From assembly GCA_016180805.1 (NCBI GenBank), contig JACPAM010000112.1:1-54436 (forward strand): DNA of 54,436 nt, read 5' to 3'. Every line of letters begins with the position of its first letter. Position 1 is the first letter of the stretch. Below, piece after piece: positions 49,847 through 54,436 of the stretch. The position numbers and the translations under genes are program-made. The DNA is from Deltaproteobacteria bacterium (GTDB lineage Bacteria; Desulfobacterota; Binatia; UBA9968). Under the pieces are notes generated by a model. The model had not been told where the DNA came from. It saw only the letters and a program-made list of their open reading frames with translations, and ran no database searches.

Positions 49847-50086
49847 ATGCCGCCGATCCTTGATGCTGAGCTGAAGACGTACGAAAAGAACCGCGATCAG
49901 CTGCTTGGGACAGCCGAGGGCAAATTTGTTCTCATACAGAACAGCCAGCTCGTCGGGTTTTACGACTCCAAGATGGACGCTATTGCCATGGGCTACCAGC
50001 AGTTGGGAAACGTTCCTTTCCTTGTCAAGCAAATCGTAAAGGTAGAGGCACCGCAAAACTTCACTTCCAACGTTCTCGGCGTCTGA
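49847..50086 (+). CDS. small 79-aa partner protein (module 2)
   Basis: GKFVLIQNSQLVGFYDSKMDAIAMG aligns with GKYLVIVGEEVVGVYDAEIDAYVEA of the 5018 ORF. It lies 1 nt upstream of the protease frame. Confidence 0.6.
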   Translation: MPPILDAELKTYEKNRDQLLGTAEGKFVLIQNSQLVGFYDSKMDAIAMGYQQLGNVPFLVKQIVKVEAPQNFTSNVLGV

Positions 50087-50087
50087 C

Positions 50088-50500
50088 GTGCCTTCCTTCA
50101 CTTCCCAGGTTCCCAATCTCCAAGCAGTCGGCCCAATCGTTGAGCTTCGCATCGCTGTCGGTGCAGCCGTCGAGTCGGTCCTTCGAAAGGCCGGGAATCC
50201 GGTCCCTGCGCCCATCGCGGCCGTAGCGATGATTGACACGGGCGCGACCGGTAGCGTCATTCGTCAGGGCTTGGCCGCTCAACTTGGCCTCAACGCGGTT
50301 GGCGCCACCCACATCAACACCCCTCTTCCACTAATGTTCCCTGCTACGAATACCTTGTGAGGCTACTGTTCCCAAATAACGTCTTGGTAGAAACGACCGT
50401 ATTGGAAGCGCCTCTTCAGGGTCAACATATCCAGTGCCTAATCGGCCGAGACGTTCTGGCTCACGGGGTCTTCGTTTATCACGCCGTAAAGGCGATAGCA
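50088..50500 (+). pseudogene. retropepsin-like aspartic protease, module 2, frameshifted and 3' truncated
   Basis: AMIDTGATGSVI (DTGA). The frame slips near 50325-50335. The second frame continues YEYLVRLLFPNNVLVETTV ... CLIGRDVLAHGVFVY, parallel to module 1. Homology ends where repeat B starts. Confidence 0.6.
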
Positions 50501-50516
50501 CGCAGGATAAGCGGTC

Positions 50517-50817
50517 GGGAGTCTTTTACGACAGGAGAGCCATCCATACGACCTGCTTGCGCGTACACGCAGGCAAGTAGAAGCGGTGAGTCAGGTCGCG
50601 CCGTCCTCGCATTCTCACCCGTTCGATACGGCCCTTCGGGCCTACTCAGGACAAGCGGTGGATCTCCAAGAAGCCAGGGCGAGCCTGCGGGCACGCAGAC
50701 AGGCCTGGCATCCGCGTTGCGGAATATCGTCTGGTGATCAATCAGTGGCATCTGCCTTTATGGCCGCGGGGAGGTAGACAGCGCTCCGAGGTCATGCCGT
50801 GGGTTACGTGAAAAGAC
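50517..50817. repeat. interspersed repeat, copy B (longest)
   Basis: Shares gggaNtNttttaYgacRggaRagccatccatacga with copy C and the roughly 225-bp core with A and C. It carries a 22-bp insert (cctgcttgcgcgtacacgcagg) that C lacks. Confidence 0.8.
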
Positions 50818-50938
50818 ACCTTTCCCCCGCGAATTGTGCCTGGGGCACGGCTACCGTTTTTAACTGGCGCTTGCTTTCAATCGCGGGCGGCAGATACAAT
50901 AACCGTGATAGAAGGCCGTACCGTAAGAGGATTTCGAG

Positions 50939-51235
50939 ATGGAAGATAAGCAAGTCCCGCTGGTGATGGAAGAGGTGGCTGACCCCGAGGAGCTTGCCAA
51001 AGCGCGGGTGCAACGCGAGCGATTCGATCGTAACGCCGCTTGGTTGCAAGCGCGCGCGTCGGAGGTTTACACGCGCTACCGCGGCAAGTGCATCTGCGTT
51101 GCCGGCGAAGAACTGTTCGTCGCGGACACCCCCGAAGAAGCCCTGGCTTTGGCCACCGCGGCCCATCCCGAAGATGATGGCAGCTTTCTCCGGTACATCC
51201 CCCGCGAAAAACTAGACCGCATCTATGCGAATTGA
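50939..51235 (+). CDS. small 98-aa partner protein (module 3)
   Basis: YRGKCICVAGEELFVADTPEEALALA follows the same pattern as the other two small ORFs. It overlaps the protease start by 11 nt. Confidence 0.6.
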   Translation: MEDKQVPLVMEEVADPEELAKARVQRERFDRNAAWLQARASEVYTRYRGKCICVAGEELFVADTPEEALALATAAHPEDDGSFLRYIPREKLDRIYAN

Positions 51236-51659
51236 CGGCGAGTGGCTTCTGTGCGACGACGGCATCGTGCGGCCTGTGATCCGCGGCGAGATTCTGGCTG
51301 GCAACGGTACCTGGCAGCGGGCGGAATTCCTAGTCGATACCGGCGCGGATCGCACCGTGTTCAGTGCGGCCGTGTTGGCGGCGCTCCGTCTCCAACCCGT
51401 GGTTACTCAAGCTCGCCTCGGCGGTGTAGGGGGTGTGGCCGATTCGGTCGTCGTCGAAACCCAGGTTCGGCTCACTCGTGAGGAGGCTGGCAAGGTCGTG
51501 TTCCGGGGCCAGTATGCCGCTGTCACCGAACTGGAAGCGCTCGACATAAGCGTGCTGGGCCGTGACATCACTGGTTTGTTTGCAGTGATCGTCGATGGGC
51601 CTGGCAGTGTCGTCTGCCTGCTCAGACAGCAACATCAGTACACCATCAAGCAAAGTTGA
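51225..51659 (+). CDS. retropepsin-like (clan AA) aspartic protease, module 3
   Basis: FLVDTGADRTVF (DTGA) and ISVLGRDITGLF (hydrophobic-Gly motif). Confidence 0.7.
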   Translation: MRIDGEWLLCDDGIVRPVIRGEILAGNGTWQRAEFLVDTGADRTVFSAAVLAALRLQPVVTQARLGGVGGVADSVVVETQVRLTREEAGKVVFRGQYAAVTELEALDISVLGRDITGLFAVIVDGPGSVVCLLRQQHQYTIKQS

Positions 51660-51898
51660 AGGTCGCCTTCCACGCCATGCAGCGGGGCGTGACCGCTCCC
51701 CTCTCTCATCCAAGAGACGGAGCTCACCACGTGAACTTTTGGACTTTCGGAATTCCCAAAGCGCGGGAAATCAATCCGCTTGGATTAGCTTCGTCAGGCC
51801 GGACCATAAAGAGCCTTGTATGATGGCCGGAAGCAAGCCGAGGCGTGCTCGGCCTCAGACGACACGGAGTGTTGTTGACCAATGTGGAGGCGGGATCA

Positions 51899-52164
51899 GG
51901 GATGTTTTATGACGGGAAAGCCATCCATACGATAGAAGCGGTGAGTCAGGTCGCGCGGTCTTCGCATTCTTACCCCTTCGATACGGCCCTTCGGGCCTAC
52001 TCAGGACAGGCGGTGGATCTCCACGAAGCCACGAGCGAACCTGGCATCCGCGTTGCGGAATATCGTCTGGTCATCAATCAGTGGCATTCGCCTTTATGGC
52101 CGCGGGGAGATAGACAGCGCTCCGAGGTCATGCCGTGGGTTACGTAAAAAGACTCCTTTAAATT
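51899..52164. repeat. interspersed repeat, copy C
   Basis: Same core as A and B, but it lacks the internal hairpin gcctgcSggcacgcagacaggc. Confidence 0.8.
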
Positions 52165-52349
52165 CGACTGAACATCCGAAAAGTACAATGTCCCTTTTTC
52201 CCTCCTGTGAAAGGTCTGCGCCTCTGGAAAATCCGCCCGTGGAAGCTCGTCACCAACCTCGCCAAGGATTTCGTCATCACCACGTCATTCGCATCCTCAT
52301 TCAAGTCCGCCAGCCGGGCGCAATACGGAATCGGTCCATTTTTATGAAA

Positions 52350-52890
52350 ACCAGGATTTGAATACCCCGTCTTGTAGACGGGGATGAAAAATCCTTCCTG
52401 CCGTAGGCAGGAGTGTTAGGATAGACGCATGGCATTGCGACGAACGAGTCATGCGGTCTACGACACGAAATATCACTTGGTGTGGGCACCGAAGTATCGC
52501 AAATGGATTCTTCGAGGGGATCTTCGAACGACGGTTGAAGAGCTGTTTAGGGAGATAGGTCTGCACCATGAGATTGTGATTGAGACTATGGAGATATCTG
52601 AAGATCACGTCCATTTGTTTGTTTCGTTTCCCCCTCGGTACTCGATAGCGCGGGTAGTAGGGCTTTTCAAGAGTATCAGTGCGAGTGAGGTATTTCGGCG
52701 TCATCCGGAGGTGAAGCGGGAGCTTTGGGGTGGCGAATTGTGGGAGGACGGGTATTTTGTCCGTACGGTGGGGGACAAAGTCACGGCTGAAGTGATTCGG
52801 AAGTATATTGAGTATCATAAGACAGCGGAGAAGGTAGCAAAGCAATTAGAGCTTTTTTGAATCCCCGCCCTGTGGGCGGGGTTCTTCACT
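52350..52890 (+). mobile_element. IS200-type insertion sequence (tnpA only)
   Basis: A Y1/HUH transposase gene is flanked by subterminal hairpins: ccccgtc ttgta gacgggg (52365-52383), cctgcc gta ggcagg (52397-52411) and ccccgccc tgt gggcgggg (52863-52881). The exact ends are not determinable. Confidence 0.65.
52429..52860 (+). CDS. tnpA: IS200/IS605-family transposase TnpA (Y1 HUH)
   Basis: YDTKYHLVWAPKYRKWIL ... EDHVHLFVSFPP (HUH) ... WEDGYFVRTVG. Confidence 0.92.
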   Translation: MALRRTSHAVYDTKYHLVWAPKYRKWILRGDLRTTVEELFREIGLHHEIVIETMEISEDHVHLFVSFPPRYSIARVVGLFKSISASEVFRRHPEVKRELWGGELWEDGYFVRTVGDKVTAEVIRKYIEYHKTAEKVAKQLELF

Positions 52891-52986
52891 CAGAAGAGCC
52901 TGATTGGCCAAACGTGCTGTGAACTGTTTAGACCTGGCGGGATATTCAACGTGAAGGGGGAGCCGGAGAGGGTGTAGGAAAGGATT

Positions 52987-53091
52987 CTAGGATTTACCCC
53001 GCCATTTGAGGCCTTTGTCAAACAGAATGATGATAAGACCGATGAGCGCGATCAGGCCCAGAACAGCAAAGGCTGCAACGAGAGGATTCAT
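52987..53091 (-). CDS. 34-aa hydrophobic peptide
   Basis: MNPLVAAFAVLGLIALIGLIIILFDKGLKWRGKS, with GGAGGTG 6 nt upstream of the ATG. It is shorter than the ORF-track cutoff. Confidence 0.45.
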   Translation of the reverse strand: MNPLVAAFAVLGLIALIGLIIILFDKGLKWRGKS

Positions 53092-53109
53092 GTTCGCACC
53101 TCCATCCCA

Positions 53110-53355
53110 TCAAGGATATAGCCCCAGAGTCCCAGGATGACTCCGATACCGCTTCCCATTAGAAGGCCAGATATAGCCCCAGAGTCCCAGGATGACTCCG
53201 ATACCGCTTCCCATTAGAAGGCCAAGCGCGCTTACGCTTTCAGGTTTGGCAAAAGGCGCGACCACCAGCAGGGTAAAAGCCACCTTTGCCATATCCCAGA
53301 AAAACTTTGCAAGGTTATCCTTCTGCTTATCTGTCCGAATGATGTTCACTGCCAA
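53110..53355 (-). pseudogene. small membrane protein with its C-terminus frameshifted by a 55-bp tandem duplication
   Basis: [62 protein letters not shown] is followed by an out-of-frame tail. Removing one repeat unit restores ...GYILDGMEVRT with its stop overlapping the next ATG (ATGA). Confidence 0.5.
53115..53224. repeat. perfect 55-bp tandem duplication
   Basis: gatatagccccagagtcccaggatgactccgataccgcttcccattagaaggcca occurs at 53115-53169 and again at 53170-53224. Confidence 0.9.
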
Positions 53356-53403
53356 ATTCTACAATTCTTCAGGGATTACATCAAGTAAAGGTTTTTCTTA
53401 ACC

Positions 53404-53774
53404 ATGGAGTATCTCCTCCACATCCTGGGCATCGGCCGGACTTTTCAGGCGAACAGACCCTTTCCTCAAATAACTGTTTTGGAGAATGTGATGCTGGCTT
53501 TGCGGTATCAGAAAGGCGAAAGCCCGTGGGCCGCTCTTCTGGTCTTTTCCCGCAGATGACTGTGGAGATGCTGCGAGTCATCCGAAAACTCCGGGATCAG
53601 GGTAAAACCATTTTCTTCATTGCCCATGCCATGAAAGTCGTGATGGGCATCTCGGAGCGGATCATAGTCCTAAATTATGGGAAAAAGATCGCTGAGGGCT
53701 CGCCAGAGGAGATCCGGAGAAATGAGGCTGTCCTGAAAGCGTATCTAGGTAGGAGGCGAAAACCTGCTCCTTGA
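53404..53774 (+). pseudogene. branched-chain amino-acid ABC transporter ATPase (LivG-like) remnant, followed by the first codons of a LivF-like gene
   Basis: [23 protein letters not shown] is followed by a stop. Then comes [54 protein letters not shown]. Walker A and the ABC signature are missing. [12 protein letters not shown] (about 53770-53810) is a LivF-type start. Confidence 0.6.
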
Positions 53775-53795
53775 GGTACAGGATCTCACGGTCCA

Positions 53796-54035
53796 TTACG
53801 GGGCGGCAGAAATGGAACCAATGCCTTGGACGTTGGCCACTGACGTCTCTTTAAGGAACCTCACGCTTCCAAGCTCGACTTCGTAACGACTGTGTCTATT
53901 CTGAGTGGTTAAAGGAACGTAGGTAATGAGTGCACGCGGCGCTCGCGGATCTTCGCGGGACAAAATGATCACAGGCCGTGTTTTCGCGGCCATGCCGAGA
54001 TCCGCAAGCCAAACTTCACCTTGCTTGGGGCTCAT
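53796..54035 (-). CDS. MazF/PemK-family toxin, C-terminally short
   Basis: PKQGEVWLADLGMAAKTRPVIILSRED ... ITYVPLTTQ. At 79 aa it lacks the usual last strand and helix. Confidence 0.6.
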   Translation of the reverse strand: MSPKQGEVWLADLGMAAKTRPVIILSREDPRAPRALITYVPLTTQNRHSRYEVELGSVRFLKETSVANVQGIGSISAAP

Positions 54036-54228
54036 CTATGATGTCGAGAACCTCTTGCTCGACCGCGCGTGAACGAACTAGGTCACGCGCGTCATGGTCG
54101 GCCAACTCGATGATTTCGGCTACAAGTTTCTCGACTTTCCTAGCCCTTTCACGCGGCCACTGCGTAAGCTTGAGATCCAGCTTCTGGGCAATGTCTGTCA
54201 TGCAAAATACCGTACCCCGAATTGTCAT
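54016..54228 (-). CDS. putative antitoxin of the MazF-like toxin
   Basis: A small acidic ORF overlaps the toxin start by 20 nt. The likely start is ATG 54201 (MTDIAQKLDLKL...). Confidence 0.5.
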   Translation of the reverse strand: MTIRGTVFCMTDIAQKLDLKLTQWPRERARKVEKLVAEIIELADHDARDLVRSRAVEQEVLDIIDEPQAR

Positions 54229-54341
54229 GCCGTAATTTTAGGCGGTGGATTTGGGCAAATCGTCCGCCTATGAGAATGGCAGGAGAGAGGCGTAAAAGTT
54301 CTCGACGCCCTTTCTCCCGCCGTTGCAGTGCCGAGGCCCGT

Positions 54342-54434
54342 TTATTTTACCGCAAGGACAGCGGCTAGCTTGGACACCGTGGAAGGGCTTGTGGTGAATA
54401 ATTCGTTGACGATCTTCTGCACCTCTTCTCCGGT
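54342..54434 (-). CDS. 3' end of an unidentified gene running off the window
   Basis: The open frame reads TGEEVQKIVNELFTTSPSTVSKLAAVLAVK then stop. It is too short to classify. Confidence 0.2.
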   Translation of the reverse strand, partial: TGEEVQKIVNELFTTSPSTVSKLAAVLAVK

Positions 54435-54436
54435 CA

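Noticed and set aside
50683-50704. Bulged hairpin gagcctgcgggcacgcagacaggc as a group II intron domain V
   Set aside because: The loop GGCA is not GNRA, and the stem lengths and bulge position do not fit domain V. No reverse-transcriptase ORF is present, and the hairpin is dispensable (absent in copy C).
49542-52164. Possibility that the three repeats form a CRISPR array
   Set aside because: The units are 240-300 bp and are separated by 740-1080 bp of protein-coding DNA. There is no short regular repeat-spacer structure and there are no cas genes.
49542-52164. Possibility that the repeats are integron attC sites and the protease modules are gene cassettes
   Set aside because: The repeats are longer than typical attC sites. 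I could not find the R''/R' core sites (RYYYAAC / GTTRRRY) at the ends; gttacgt does not fit. No intI gene is in the window. This was kept only as a remote alternative inside the repeat finding.

Overview
GC-rich bacterial chromosome segment. The taxon cannot be assigned from the sequence alone, and there is no rRNA or CRISPR array. It falls into three zones.

(A) 0.57-6.0 kb is a decayed, visibly more A/T-rich genomic island. It lies between an internally deleted dehydrogenase gene and a tRNA-Glu/tRNA-Lys/tRNA-Arg cluster. It holds the wreck of type I restriction-modification loci: an hsdM stub, half an hsdS, and three separate hsdR 5' ends. It also holds two cargo genes (an orphan 410-aa protein and a broken RhuM/Fic gene), a small-protein + retropepsin-like protease pair, and an integrase C-terminal stub.

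(B) 6.4-46.6 kb is core metabolism and maintenance, mostly on the minus strand. In order: a haem-oxygenase-like/cyclase/DHDPS-like trio; an SQR-like flavoprotein; a TPR protein; a BFN nuclease-miaB-VWA-MoxR operon; NRDE; glpX; an apgM-like gene; thrC; hom; an aminotransferase; recG; carA-carB read as one ORF; a pyrB fusion; pyrR with its attenuator; a TAXI-TRAP transporter with duplicated binding proteins; a methyltransferase; two SDRs; a damaged molybdopterin-hydroxylase subunit; and lhr.

(C) 46.7-54.4 kb is an accessory junkyard. It contains a Uma2 nuclease, an MNT gene with a HEPN stub, duplicated small membrane proteins, two more small-protein + retropepsin-like protease pairs interleaved with a 240-300 bp repeat family, IS200, livG/livF wreckage and a MazEF-like pair.

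Strongest leads:
- A PyrB-PyrI(zinc domain)-PyrR triple fusion.
- The thrice-repeated small-protein/aspartic-protease two-gene module, a toxin-antitoxin-like or defence-like candidate.
- An in-frame TGA exactly at the catalytic Cys position of the SQR-like enzyme.
- The orphan 410-aa gene coupled to hsdR.
- A six-fold heptad NAG repeat in the leader of the aminotransferase-hom-thrC operon.
- A carA-carB fusion that lacks the His/Glu half of the glutaminase domain.

Many genes carry internal deletions, so assembly quality must be checked before any biology is built on them.
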